A DNA stretch of 61,481 nucleotides, counting the filler. It is 5 parts of 5 records of this genome, joined end to end, with 100 filler letters (N's around TTAATTAATTAA, not from the genome) between each part and the next. Parts side by side here need not be neighbours in the genome. Positions count along the whole stretch, not along the records: positions 28,430 to 47,946 come from SRR31156797_11500; 4 more parts are not named here. One strand, 5' to 3'. The notes beneath the pieces are model-generated. The model was given only the letters and a program-made list of their open reading frames with translations, was not told the origin of the DNA and made no database searches. The position numbers and the translations under genes were made by a program. Of the stretch, positions 29,019 to 39,415 are shown in pieces (position 1 is the stretch's first letter; the number at the start of each line of letters is the position of its first letter).

Positions 29019-29966
29019 TTATATTAATTCATTAATTGCAACCATAGCTGCTCCAAGGATTCCTGCGTCGTTTTTTAAAACCGCTGGTACTATTTCTGTT
29101 TTTTCATGAAGGGGAGAGAAATATCTTTCAGCACACTTTTCACGTATCTTTTCGAACAAGAAGTCTCCAGCATTTGCTACGCCGCCACCTAAACATATCT
29201 TTTGGGGATTAAGCATATTAATGAAGCTGATTATACCATCCGTTAAATACTCGCAGTAGTCTTCATAAGCTCTTGAAGCTGCTTCATCATCTAATCTTGC
29301 ACAGTCAATTACAGTCCGTGCAGTAATATTTTCCAACCCGTTTTCAGCCGTATGTAATAGAGAATCAGGATATTTTTCGCTGTATTCCTTGCCAATTCTG
29401 ATTAATGCTGGTGCAGCTGCATATCTTTCAAAACATCCTCTTCTGCCGCAGGTACACATGTCTCCGCCTGCTACAAATGTAATATGCCCTAATTCACCGC
29501 CAGCTCGCATAAAACCGGATATAATCTTGCCGTCAACTATTACAGCACCGCCTACACCTGTTCCCAGAGTCAGCATTATAGCCTGACTGCATCCTATCAG
29601 TGAACCAAATCCCATTTCAGCCAGAGCTGCCGCATGAGCATCATTGTCAATATAAACAGGCATCTCCATAATTTCTGATAAATCTTTTCTGAACTCTACT
29701 CCATCCCAAAAGAGATTCTTTGCATAGGATAAGCCTTCTGTTGTCTCTATTCCAGGGATTCCTATACCAATTGCACGAATGCTGTCCTTTAGTACTCCGC
29801 TGTCTTGTATAACCTTATTAACTAAATCAACAATTCTTTCCAAAACTACTTTATATGGCTTTGATGCAAATGTAGGGCTGCTATCCTTATAGATAATGCC
29901 TTCCTTTTCGTCTACTATTCCGCATTTAATTTCTGTTCCACCAATATCAATTCCAATATATTTCAT
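29019..29966 (-). CDS. ROK family sugar kinase (glucokinase-like)
   Basis: GIDIGGT, DNDA, TLGTGVGG, GELGH, CTCGRRGCFE, LGGGV. Confidence 0.93.
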   Translation of the reverse strand: MKYIGIDIGGTEIKCGIVDEKEGIIYKDSSPTFASKPYKVVLERIVDLVNKVIQDSGVLKDSIRAIGIGIPGIETTEGLSYAKNLFWDGVEFRKDLSEIMEMPVYIDNDAHAAALAEMGFGSLIGCSQAIMLTLGTGVGGAVIVDGKIISGFMRAGGELGHITFVAGGDMCTCGRRGCFERYAAAPALIRIGKEYSEKYPDSLLHTAENGLENITARTVIDCARLDDEAASRAYEDYCEYLTDGIISFINMLNPQKICLGGGVANAGDFLFEKIREKCAERYFSPLHEKTEIVPAVLKNDAGILGAAMVAINELI

Positions 29967-30895
29967 TAGATTATATCCTCGTCTTCACTCATTAGTTTTT
30001 CAGTCAATGCTATTGCTGCATTGTAGCCCATTTTCTTTAATCTATGGTTACGTGCTGCAACCTCAATTATAATCGCCAGATTTCTTCCTGGTCTCACTGG
30101 AATAGTAATCCTTGGAATCTTTACTCCCAGTATAGCTCCCAAGTCCTCGCTGATGCCCAGCCTGTCATATACTTTTGTAGGATCCCATGCTTCCATCTCA
30201 ATCTGCAGATGAAGCGTCTTTTCATTAAGCACTGAACCAACTCCGTACATCTGTCTGACATCAATAATGCCAACTCCCCTGATTTCCATGAAGTGACGAA
30301 CGTTTTCCGGAGCTTTACCCTGCAGTGAGTTATCCGTATTTCGTACAATCTCTACAGCATCGTCTGCAACCAGTCTGTGACCTCGCTTTACCAATTCCAG
30401 TGCAGTCTCGCTTTTGCCTATTCCTGATTCACCAACCAGCAGTATTCCGACGCCGTATACGTCCATAAAAACACCGTGGCGTGTTATACTTGGAGCAAGT
30501 ATTTTGTCCGCATACATAACGCCCTTATGTATTAATTTTGTGGTAACTAAGTCTGACATAAATATTGGACAGCAGTGCTTTTTTGCAATCTCTATGATTT
30601 CATCAAGCAGCGCATCCTGTGACCTACTTATTATTATGCACGGTATATCTTTGCTCATTAGCTCATCCATAGCAGCATCCCTCTGTTCTTTTGTTAATGC
30701 CTGCTCCATATAGCACATTTCCACCTTGCCAAACACCTGTATTCTCTCCTCAGCAAAGTAATCAAAGAATCCAGCAAGCTGGAGTCCCGGTCTGTTTATG
30801 CTGGATGAAACTATATCTATTGTATCGCTGCCGCATACATGAATAATTTTAAGATCCATCTCTCTTGCAAAGTCTTCAATCTTTACGCTAGCCAT
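29966..30895 (-). CDS. hprK: HPr kinase/phosphorylase
   Basis: NRPGLQLAGF, GESGIGKSE, HRLVADD, MEIRGVG, PGRNLA. Confidence 0.97.
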   Translation of the reverse strand: MASVKIEDFAREMDLKIIHVCGSDTIDIVSSSINRPGLQLAGFFDYFAEERIQVFGKVEMCYMEQALTKEQRDAAMDELMSKDIPCIIISRSQDALLDEIIEIAKKHCCPIFMSDLVTTKLIHKGVMYADKILAPSITRHGVFMDVYGVGILLVGESGIGKSETALELVKRGHRLVADDAVEIVRNTDNSLQGKAPENVRHFMEIRGVGIIDVRQMYGVGSVLNEKTLHLQIEMEAWDPTKVYDRLGISEDLGAILGVKIPRITIPVRPGRNLAIIIEVAARNHRLKKMGYNAAIALTEKLMSEDEDII

Positions 30896-30932
30896 CCTAT
30901 TACCGTTCCTTTCAACATATTAATAAATAATA

Positions 30933-31739
30933 CTATAGTTTTTCCAGAATATACTTTTCTATCGCTATAGCTGCCCCATCTTTTCTGCAATCAGGCGCAA
31001 TATAATCTGCCACGGATTTTAGTTTGTCTGTAGCATTGCCTACAGCTACCCCAAAGCCTGCATCTTTTACCATATCATAGTCATTGTCACCATTACCAAT
31101 AGTCATGACATTGTCCATCTTTATATTATACATCTCGGCTAGTTTTTTACAAGCCTGCCCTTTGCTAGCCAAAGGATTGTTGAATTCAACATACTCTGGT
31201 GTAGATCTAGTGACATTCAATCTGCCTTCAAAGACCTTTATTGCTTCTTCATAGACAACATCAGCATTATATGATTCAGTGTTTATCAATAATTTTTGCG
31301 GTGCGAAATTCAATCCCTTAATCAAATCCTCACCAGTCGCCGTGCCTCTTATTCCCTGTGATCTGTGATATGAATCACTGTATTCGCAGTGTTCATAGAA
31401 ATAGTAGCCATTATCCGAATAATACTGAATATATACATCATGTTCTTTAGCAAATTCCAATACCATAGCAGCATCTTCGCGGCTAACAGTCATTTCTGAC
31501 ACTACTTCACCCGTTTTGTAATCCTTTATCAATGAACCGTTGTAGGATATTACAGGCATAGTTACATCCAGTATTTTGGCATAAGGAAGGGCAGAAATAT
31601 GCATTCTGCCCGTTGCAATTGTCACATGTATACCCGCTGATTTCACTTCTTTAATCGCCTTAGCGATACGCTTTGACGGCGGAAGAGAATTAACAAGCAA
31701 TGTATCATCCAAATCGCAGACTAATAGTTTTGTCTCCAT
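30933..31739 (-). CDS. Cof-type HAD-IIB hydrolase
   Basis: DLDDTLL, ATGR, NG, SKG, GNGDND. Confidence 0.92.
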   Translation of the reverse strand: METKLLVCDLDDTLLVNSLPPSKRIAKAIKEVKSAGIHVTIATGRMHISALPYAKILDVTMPVISYNGSLIKDYKTGEVVSEMTVSREDAAMVLEFAKEHDVYIQYYSDNGYYFYEHCEYSDSYHRSQGIRGTATGEDLIKGLNFAPQKLLINTESYNADVVYEEAIKVFEGRLNVTRSTPEYVEFNNPLASKGQACKKLAEMYNIKMDNVMTIGNGDNDYDMVKDAGFGVAVGNATDKLKSVADYIAPDCRKDGAAIAIEKYILEKL

Positions 31740-32929
31740 TAACCTACAATCTCCATTGTATCTTTTGCTATCATCAGCTCTTCGTCAGTAGCTATTGAGT
31801 AGCATGCTACCTTTGAATCATCTGTAGATATTTTTACTAAGTCATCTCTGGAATTATTGGATTCTCTGTCAATCTTAACTCCCATATATTCCATATCTTC
31901 TAGTATGTCAGCTCTCATATCAGGATTATTTTCTCCAATACCAGCTGTAAATACTATACAGTCTACACCACCCATAGCAGCAGCATATGCACCAATGTAC
32001 TTTTTGACTCTATAGTTAAAGAGTTTGTATGTTCTGATAGCATTTTCTTTTCCTTCATTTACTGCAGCCTCAATGTCTCTCATATCACTTGACAGCTCTG
32101 AAACTCCAAGAATACCGGATTCTTTATTTAATATTTTCATTACAGCCTTAATATCAAGGTTTTTAGCTTTCATTATATATTCTATAATTGATGGGTCCAA
32201 GTCGCCGCAGCGTGTACCCATTAATACACCTTCAAGCGGAGTCAGTCCCATAGTTGTATCAACGCTTTTTCCATACTTAACGGCTGAAATTGAGCCACCG
32301 TTTCCTAGATGACAGATAATTGTTCTAATATCCTCTGGCTTTTTACCCATTACTTCTGCAGCTCTTAGAGAAATAAATTTATGGCTTGTACCATGGAAAC
32401 CGTATCTTCTCACTTTATTTTCTCTATAGTACTTATATGGAATTCCATATAAATATGCCTGCTCTGGCATAGTCTGATGGAACGCTGTATCAAAAACAGC
32501 TACCTGCGGTTTTCCCGGCATATTCTTAGCACATGCATCAATGCCCATTAGGTTTGCTGGGTTATGAAGTGGTGCGAGTGCAACGTTCTCTTTGATTGCT
32601 TCTTTTACTTCATCAGTAATCAGTACTGATGATGAGAATTTCTCACCGCCGTGTACTACTCTGTGACCAATGGCATATATGTCATCCATATCATCGATTA
32701 CACCATGATCTTTGTCTACCAATGCATCAAGAACCAACTTGATTGCATCTGTGTGAGAAGCCATAGGTTTCTCAATTACAATCTTTTGACCGTTCCACTG
32801 GTGCTTTAGCTTAGAACCGTCAATGCCGATTCTGTCGGCAACGCCTTTTGCCATCACTTCTTTTTTTGCCATGCTTATTAATTGGTATTTCAATGAAGAA
32901 CTACCTGCGTTAATAACTAAAACTTTCAC
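31739..32929 (-). CDS. ackA: Acetate kinase
   Basis: INAGSSSLK, GHRVVHGG, APLHNP, VFDTAFH, YGFHGTSH, TDEE; GTG start after AGGAGG. Confidence 0.97.
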   Translation of the reverse strand: MKVLVINAGSSSLKYQLISMAKKEVMAKGVADRIGIDGSKLKHQWNGQKIVIEKPMASHTDAIKLVLDALVDKDHGVIDDMDDIYAIGHRVVHGGEKFSSSVLITDEVKEAIKENVALAPLHNPANLMGIDACAKNMPGKPQVAVFDTAFHQTMPEQAYLYGIPYKYYRENKVRRYGFHGTSHKFISLRAAEVMGKKPEDIRTIICHLGNGGSISAVKYGKSVDTTMGLTPLEGVLMGTRCGDLDPSIIEYIMKAKNLDIKAVMKILNKESGILGVSELSSDMRDIEAAVNEGKENAIRTYKLFNYRVKKYIGAYAAAMGGVDCIVFTAGIGENNPDMRADILEDMEYMGVKIDRESNNSRDDLVKISTDDSKVACYSIATDEELMIAKDTMEIVG

Positions 32930-33199
32930 TTTATTAACATCCTCCTAAAAAAATCTATCGGCTTTACTAACCGTTTTATACCCTATTCAAGCAACAGATA
33001 TTGCTTATGCAAATATATAATAGTATAATTATCTAATAAATATTAAATAATAATATAAAATAACCAACTGCCAACGTACATTATAACCTGTAACGGGCAA
33101 TATGAAAAGGCATTTTAAAAGTAATTAATAAAAATATAACGAATACCGCTTTATCGACATAAATAATATCCATACAATATAAAAGGAATCTATAATAAA

Positions 33200-34414
33200 A
33201 TGAAAATTTGCGGCATTATAGCAGAATACAATCCCTTTCATAAGGGTCACTATCATCAAATGCATCAGGCAAGAGAGAAATCAAATGCAGATATTCTGGC
33301 TATAGTAATGAGCGGCATGTTTGTTCAGCGAGGCACACCTGCTATTATTGATAAATTTAACCGAGCAAAAATGGCTGTACATGCTGGAGCTGATATTGTA
33401 ATAGAACTGCCTGTCTGCTACGCACTGCAGCCTGCAGAATACTTTGCTTTAGGCGGTATACAGATACTTGACGGTATTAATGCCTCAAAAGTTTCATATG
33501 GTACAGAAGCAATATCACCGTCACAAAGAGCTACTATAGATGATTACATTAATATTCAGATAAAAAACAGCCCAGAATATAAAAAAAACATAAAAAATCA
33601 TATTGAGAAAGGCAAACCATTCTTCACTGCAAAAATCTCTGCATATTCTGATGTGACAGGAAATAATGAAACAGATATCCTGTCTAAACCTAATGCAATT
33701 TTAGAGACAGCCTATAGACTGGCAATAAACACACTAAACTCAAATATTACGCCCCTGTCTGTAGACAGACTTGGTGACGAATATCATGCGGAAAATCCAA
33801 ACAATGATGTAACCTCGGCAACAGCTATCAGGAAGCTAATAAACAATAGCGAAGACTTTAATAAATATGTCCCCAAAACCACATATGAATTATTACAAAC
33901 CTGCGACATTGCATATGATGCCACAAGTAAAATATACGACTACTTTCTGCACGCAGCATTTGTTGCAAATAGATTTGATAATCTGAATAAAATACCAGAC
34001 GGCAGTCAGGAAATCTCAAATCGAATAATATCTGCAGTACAAAACTCAAATAACTACAATGAATTTATAGAAAATGCGACTACACGCCGTATAACAAGAG
34101 CTAGAATAAATAGAGCCATGATACATTTGATATTATCTATTGAGAGCAGTTTGATAAACGATATACGAAAATACCTTCCAGTGTATGCTAGGGTTTTAGC
34201 TCTAAGCAAAAATGGACAGAAGGCACTAGGTACTATTACAAAGAGTGCTAAAATTCCTGTAGTTACATCTCTGGCAAAATATAATCCACCAACTAAGCTT
34301 CACAAGGAATTAATGGATATTGATATATTGGCAAGTAATATATATAGCTATGCCTGTATCAACAGTCCGTCCTATAATCAGGATTTTACTACAAAGTTAT
34401 TCATAGATAATTAA
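33200..34414 (+). CDS. tmcAL: tRNA(Met) cytidine acetate ligase (YlbM-type HIGH nucleotidyltransferase)
   Basis: GIIAEYNPFHKGH, MSG.FVQRG, ELP, PN.IL, SATAIR; divergent from ackA. Confidence 0.88.
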   Translation: MKICGIIAEYNPFHKGHYHQMHQAREKSNADILAIVMSGMFVQRGTPAIIDKFNRAKMAVHAGADIVIELPVCYALQPAEYFALGGIQILDGINASKVSYGTEAISPSQRATIDDYINIQIKNSPEYKKNIKNHIEKGKPFFTAKISAYSDVTGNNETDILSKPNAILETAYRLAINTLNSNITPLSVDRLGDEYHAENPNNDVTSATAIRKLINNSEDFNKYVPKTTYELLQTCDIAYDATSKIYDYFLHAAFVANRFDNLNKIPDGSQEISNRIISAVQNSNNYNEFIENATTRRITRARINRAMIHLILSIESSLINDIRKYLPVYARVLALSKNGQKALGTITKSAKIPVVTSLAKYNPPTKLHKELMDIDILASNIYSYACINSPSYNQDFTTKLFIDN

Positions 34415-34460
34415 CAAATAGTAAACAATACCATTTACGGCATTATTGTATATTTAATAA

Positions 34461-34489
34461 TTGACTTTTATATCATAATGCATTATTAT
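34461..34489 (+). promoter_or_regulatory. Sigma-A-like promoter positioned for a leaderless mRNA
   Basis: TTGACT (34461-66)-N17-TATTAT (34484-89); ATG at 34496 with no SD upstream. Confidence 0.6.
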
Positions 34490-34495
34490 TTGTCT

Positions 34496-35518
34496 ATGAA
34501 TTCGCAACTGAAAGAATATATATCTACAATGGATACAGATGAATGCAAATGGATAATAGAACTAAATAAATACATAAAAGATAATTATAAAGATATTGAG
34601 TTTAGCTTCAAATACAAAATGCCAACCTATCAAGGAGAGCACACTTATGTAGCATTTGAAAGCCAAAGCCAATATTTTTTATTCTACTCATATGACAATA
34701 GTGCACTTGATGTACTCTCTCAGCTGCTACCTGCTGCACAGCGTAAAGAGGACTGTGTATGCATTGACTACGAAACTGAGTACGCAATATTTGCAATTAA
34801 GGTAGCTATCAATTATGCTTTCAACCCAAACAAAGTAGTATATACCAATATAAAGCCTGCAATATTTCTGGACAGACCAAATAGGTTTATTGCCAATATC
34901 ATTGTCGATGGCGAAAAACACATATGTCATGTAAAAAACACTGGTCGATGCAAAGAACTGTTGACACCAGGCGCAAATATATTTGTAAAAAAGCACAGTA
35001 ATCCAAATCGTAAAACAGACTATTCTCTTATCAGCGTTTACAAAGAGGATAAGTTAATCAATATCGACTCTCAAGTGCCAAATAAAGCTATCCACAACTA
35101 CCTTTTACAGGGTAAACTTATTGATGGCATTACAAAAATTAAGCCAGAGTACTCATTCGGGAATTCCAGAATAGACTTTTATATTGAAAAACCAAATAGG
35201 AAAATACTGCTGGAAGTAAAAGGAGTAACATTAGAAGAAGATGGTATAGCAATGTTCCCAGACGCTCCTACAGAGCGAGGCGTAGCGCATATCAATGAAT
35301 TGATAAAAGCAAAACAGGAAGGTTACACCAGCTATATAGTATTTGTAATTCAAATGACTGGCATCAAGCACTTCACACCCAATAAACATACACACAAAGA
35401 ATTTGCAGATGCACTAAAAAGAGCACAAAGAGAAGGGGTAAACATCTTGGCATTCGACACAATTGTTACGGAGAATTCCATAGCGATTAATAGCCGATGC
35501 CATATCGTATTGGATTAA
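34496..35518 (+). CDS. sfsA: DUF1801-like domain fused to SfsA nuclease-fold protein
   Basis: C-terminal ~225 aa have RPNRF, HVKNTGRCKELL, SRIDF, EVKGVTL, FPDAPTERG; N-terminal ~110 aa with YKMPTY resemble DUF1801/YdhG. Confidence 0.85.
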   Translation: MNSQLKEYISTMDTDECKWIIELNKYIKDNYKDIEFSFKYKMPTYQGEHTYVAFESQSQYFLFYSYDNSALDVLSQLLPAAQRKEDCVCIDYETEYAIFAIKVAINYAFNPNKVVYTNIKPAIFLDRPNRFIANIIVDGEKHICHVKNTGRCKELLTPGANIFVKKHSNPNRKTDYSLISVYKEDKLINIDSQVPNKAIHNYLLQGKLIDGITKIKPEYSFGNSRIDFYIEKPNRKILLEVKGVTLEEDGIAMFPDAPTERGVAHINELIKAKQEGYTSYIVFVIQMTGIKHFTPNKHTHKEFADALKRAQREGVNILAFDTIVTENSIAINSRCHIVLD

Positions 35519-35538
35519 GATTTGAAAGGTTAATAATA

Positions 35539-36570
35539 ATGATTATTCTAGAAGCACTACTGCACGAAGAAATAATGACTGAACTTTTGGCAAATGCACA
35601 CATCTTGGTTTTGCTGTTGTTGGTTGTTATAAGCCTAGCATCACTGTCAAAGGGAGCAGACTGGATGGTAGATGGTGTAGTGGCATTAGCAAAGAAATCT
35701 GGCATGCCAAAAGTAATAATCGGCGCAACTATAGTATCTCTGGGAACAACGCTTCCAGAGACTTTTGTTTCTGTATTCGCAGCTTTTTCCGGCAATCCAT
35801 CCTTAGCACTAGGTAATGGTGTCGGTTCCATCATAGCTGATACTGGTCTGATATTTGGTTTAGCAATAATTCTCGGTAAAATCCCAATGGACAACTACAT
35901 GATGGATAGATCAGGCAGATGGCAGGCAGGAGCTGCCGTTTTACTTGTAACCGTTTCTGTAGCTATGCTTATTGTCTCCCCTACTAACCCTGTACTAAAT
36001 ATATGGATTGGTGCGTTATTTATGCTGATGCTTATAACCTACATGCGAATGAGCTACAGATGGGCACAGGAAGCTGACAGCGACTTCCATGAAGACGAGG
36101 AAGAAAGTATATCAAATATTATGATTGCTGTCCTTATAATTATTGGTATTGCTCTGGTTATCCTAGGTGCAAAGATACTGATACCCTCCGTTTCAGTAAT
36201 CGCCGTACGTGCAGGTATCCCTAGCGATATTATCGCCGCAACAATGGTTGCTTTCGGTACAAGCCTGCCAGAACTAATAACTGCAATGTCTGCTATCAGA
36301 AAAGGACACCCAGAAATCATCATTGGTAATGTAATTGGCGCAGATGTGCTCAACTGCCTGCTTGTAATAGGAGCCAGTGCAATAGCCGCACCGCTGGAAA
36401 TAGCACGCAACTTCTACTTCCTGCACTTCCCTGTAATGCTGCTATTACTATTCTCCCTAAGAATATTCTATCATCGCAACAAGGAAAAGCCTCACTTCTC
36501 CAAGGGTATTGGTGTGTGGATGCTGCTGGTTTACATAGCATATGTAACTATCCAATATACTGTACTATAG
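35539..36570 (+). CDS. Calcium/sodium antiporter (YrbG-like)
   Basis: Two alpha repeats GTTLPE and GTSLPE; GN.VGS and GNVIG; GAAAGG RBS before ATG 35539. Confidence 0.93.
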   Translation: MIILEALLHEEIMTELLANAHILVLLLLVVISLASLSKGADWMVDGVVALAKKSGMPKVIIGATIVSLGTTLPETFVSVFAAFSGNPSLALGNGVGSIIADTGLIFGLAIILGKIPMDNYMMDRSGRWQAGAAVLLVTVSVAMLIVSPTNPVLNIWIGALFMLMLITYMRMSYRWAQEADSDFHEDEEESISNIMIAVLIIIGIALVILGAKILIPSVSVIAVRAGIPSDIIAATMVAFGTSLPELITAMSAIRKGHPEIIIGNVIGADVLNCLLVIGASAIAAPLEIARNFYFLHFPVMLLLLFSLRIFYHRNKEKPHFSKGIGVWMLLVYIAYVTIQYTVL

Positions 36571-36594
36571 TAATAAAACGTTAGATAAATGATT

Positions 36595-36622
36595 AAAGAG
36601 CAGCGTGCAAACTGCTCTTTTA
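36595..36622. terminator. Intrinsic terminator between convergent genes
   Basis: AAAGAGCAG-cgtgcaaa-CTGCTCTTTT. Confidence 0.75.
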
Positions 36623-36731
36623 TAATCTGCAAATATCTTGTATCATTGTTTCTTCTTTAGTAATACTTCAAGAATTAAGATCACCAAACATCTTTAAAAC
36701 ACATCAAATTAATAGTTGCATAATTAACCAA

Positions 36732-37070
36732 CTAGCTTTGTGAAATCGCATATGTTATAAGCAAAACTATAGTTGTTAATATTACTTTCCAAAGAGTGCT
36801 TAATTTTTCGCTCTTCCATATTAAAATTAATACCATTATATATGGGATAACTAGCCATCCAAGAACCTTCCAAAACCAATGATATTTCTTCTTAGGCTGA
36901 TTAACTGTATTGGCTGTATTTTTATCAGTTCCGTAATTGTTTATCTGCACATTATAATATTCTGCCTTCTGTGGTTCTTTACTATTGTTTTTTTCATAAT
37001 CTGCATTTTGGCTGCCGCAATATGGGCAGAACCTATCTGTTACTTCTGCTCCGCAATTCTTACATTTCAT
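36732..37070 (-). CDS. Zinc-ribbon membrane protein
   Basis: CKNCG...FCPYCG plus two C-terminal hydrophobic helices; GGAGAG RBS before ATG 37070. Confidence 0.8.
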   Translation of the reverse strand: MKCKNCGAEVTDRFCPYCGSQNADYEKNNSKEPQKAEYYNVQINNYGTDKNTANTVNQPKKKYHWFWKVLGWLVIPYIMVLILIWKSEKLSTLWKVILTTIVLLITYAISQS

Positions 37071-37182
37071 TTCTACTCTCTCCAAATATATTTATAACAT
37101 GAAATTCGCTGATACCTACTAATTATATCATCATAAAACATGGTTTTCAATCCAATATTAGTCATTAAATCAAGTTAATCAA

Positions 37183-37210
37183 TTGCATATTTTACCATTT
37201 ACTATATAAT
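37183..37210 (+). promoter_or_regulatory. Sigma-A-like promoter of the CPBP gene
   Basis: TTGCAT-N16-TATAAT. Confidence 0.45.
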
Positions 37211-37249
37211 GACAATAGAAACATTTACATATTATAATAGGGGTGCATT

Positions 37250-37999
37250 ATGATAAAAAAGATTTTAAAGATTATAGGTATTACAATTGGGCTTTACATA
37301 TTGATAAACTTAATTAACAAACTTGCAGCATATATTTCAAAAGTAGCATATCCTTTATTTGATGCAATTGATCCAGGCAATGTATTTATATCGAATATAT
37401 TCCATAGTGTTATACAGGCTACTGTTGCCCTTATATTAATAGTAATTATTTTAAACTTTAGCAAAAAGAAACTAAAAGATGTTGGTTTTAATACTGGAAA
37501 TATTAAAGTCTCAATAATTGTTATAATTACTTTAGTCTTAATCTGTACAATTATTCAATTTAGTATGGGATATATTGAATATATCAAATTAAACAATTCA
37601 ATACAGCCATCATTCCCTCATACTCTAAGGAATATAATAGGAACTTCTGTATTCCATATTTTCTTTTGCGGGACAAGTGAAGAAATTCTATGTCGTATGT
37701 TAATTATGGTATGCTTTATATATATTTTCAGAATCGATGCTATTGAGAACAAAAAATCAAGAATTTTGTACATTTTTATTTCCGCATTTATTTTTATGAC
37801 AATGCATATTAGCTTTAACATTACACCATTTGAAATCGCACACATTAATATCTCTAAGCTTATCAGCTGTTTTATATTCGGTGCTTTCTGGTCATTGCTG
37901 TATGCTAAAACAAAGAGTATAATCGGTCCAATAATCGCTCATAATCTACTAAACTTTATGATCCTGATTTCCGAAATAGTATTTTGCAGTATTGCTTAA
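37250..37999 (+). CDS. CPBP family (CAAX/Abi) intramembrane metalloprotease
   Basis: EEILCR, FMTMH and IIAHNLLN motifs in a polytopic membrane protein. Confidence 0.88.
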   Translation: MIKKILKIIGITIGLYILINLINKLAAYISKVAYPLFDAIDPGNVFISNIFHSVIQATVALILIVIILNFSKKKLKDVGFNTGNIKVSIIVIITLVLICTIIQFSMGYIEYIKLNNSIQPSFPHTLRNIIGTSVFHIFFCGTSEEILCRMLIMVCFIYIFRIDAIENKKSRILYIFISAFIFMTMHISFNITPFEIAHINISKLISCFIFGAFWSLLYAKTKSIIGPIIAHNLLNFMILISEIVFCSIA

Positions 38000-38096
38000 T
38001 TTACTCACAAGCAGTCAATATAATCTGCATAATTCAGAAACGTAATTATTAATAGTTATTTCCCATAGAGCTTATCCCTAAAGCAAATAAAATACT

Positions 38097-38125
38097 AAAA
38101 GAGACACCTTATCAAGTGTCCCTCT
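38097..38125 (-). terminator. Intrinsic terminator after dapL
   Basis: Minus strand AGGGACAC-ttgataag-GTGTCTCTTTT. Confidence 0.7.
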
Positions 38126-38152
38126 ATTTATATCTGATATATTATAATATTT

Positions 38153-39382
38153 TTACAATCCCTTTTCCAATCTCTCAATAGCTTTCTTTGTATTCTCAGC
38201 AGAGCCAAATCCAGTCAGTCGGAAGAATCCCTCGCCGCATTTACCAAATCCAGCACCTGGCGTGCCTACTATCTGATAATTCTCCAGCAGATGATCAAAG
38301 AACTGCCAGCTTGAAAAATCCCCCGGTGTCTTTAACCATACGTATGGACTGTTATCACCGCCATAGACAGTGTATCCCAGCTTCTGGAAACACGACTTTA
38401 TTGCTTTCGCATTGTTTATGTAATAATTTATATTCGCCTGTATCTGTGCCTTTCCCTCAGATGTATAGCAGGCTTCAGCAGCCTTTTGAATTATATAAGA
38501 TACACCATTGAATTTAGTTGCATGACGACGTGTCCACATCTTATTTAGCGATACTACTCCGCCTTCTTTTACATGAGCACGAATTTCACTAGGCACAATA
38601 GTATATGCACAGCGTACACCAGTAAATCCTGCGGTCTTTGAGAATGAGCAGAACTCTACAGCACAGGTTCTTGCCCCCTCTATCTCATATATTGACTTTG
38701 GAATTCCATCATCATTTATAAACGCCTTGTAAGCCGCATCAAACAATATTATTGAATGATTCTTATTTGCATAGTCAACCCAACGCTTTAATTGCTTTCT
38801 TGTAAATGATGTACCTGTTGGATTATTAGGAGAACACAGATATATAATATCCACACGTCTCTTTGGCAATTCAGGCATGAAATTATTCTTTTCCAAGCAG
38901 TCCATCATACGGATTTTGGAGTAATCACCAGTAGGTGATACCTTACCAGCATTGCCAGCCATAATATTTGAGTCCAGATATACTGGATATACAGGGTCAG
39001 TAATAGCAATGATATTACCTGTTCCAAACATATCTGTAAAGTTAGCAGTCTCACTCTTAGCACCAGAAGATATAAATACCTCATCCAATCCCAATTCAAT
39101 CCCTAAAGGAGCATAATCATTCTCTAGGATTGCTTCCTTTAGGAAAGTATACCCTGTGTTGTCAGGATAACCATGGAATGTATCTGGTTCACTCATATCA
39201 TCCACTGCCTTGTGCAAAGCCTTTGCTACAGCAGGAACCAGCGGAAGTGTTACATCCCCAATACCTAGTTTTATCACATCAGCATCAGGATTTTCTTCAC
39301 CAAACGCCGATACCTTCTGGGCTATTGTTTGAAAAAGATAATTGTTCTTTAACAACTGAAAATTACCATTTGCATTAATCAT
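38153..39382 (-). CDS. dapL: LL-diaminopimelate aminotransferase
   Basis: YLF, LGIGDVT.P, DPVYPVY.D, CSPNNPTG, DAAY, SFSKTAGFTGVR, TKFNG, TPGAGFG. Confidence 0.96.
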   Translation of the reverse strand: MINANGNFQLLKNNYLFQTIAQKVSAFGEENPDADVIKLGIGDVTLPLVPAVAKALHKAVDDMSEPDTFHGYPDNTGYTFLKEAILENDYAPLGIELGLDEVFISSGAKSETANFTDMFGTGNIIAITDPVYPVYLDSNIMAGNAGKVSPTGDYSKIRMMDCLEKNNFMPELPKRRVDIIYLCSPNNPTGTSFTRKQLKRWVDYANKNHSIILFDAAYKAFINDDGIPKSIYEIEGARTCAVEFCSFSKTAGFTGVRCAYTIVPSEIRAHVKEGGVVSLNKMWTRRHATKFNGVSYIIQKAAEACYTSEGKAQIQANINYYINNAKAIKSCFQKLGYTVYGGDNSPYVWLKTPGDFSSWQFFDHLLENYQIVGTPGAGFGKCGEGFFRLTGFGSAENTKKAIERLEKGL

Positions 39383-39415
39383 ATTAATTATTGCTTAGAA
39401 ATCTAAGCGTCCTTT

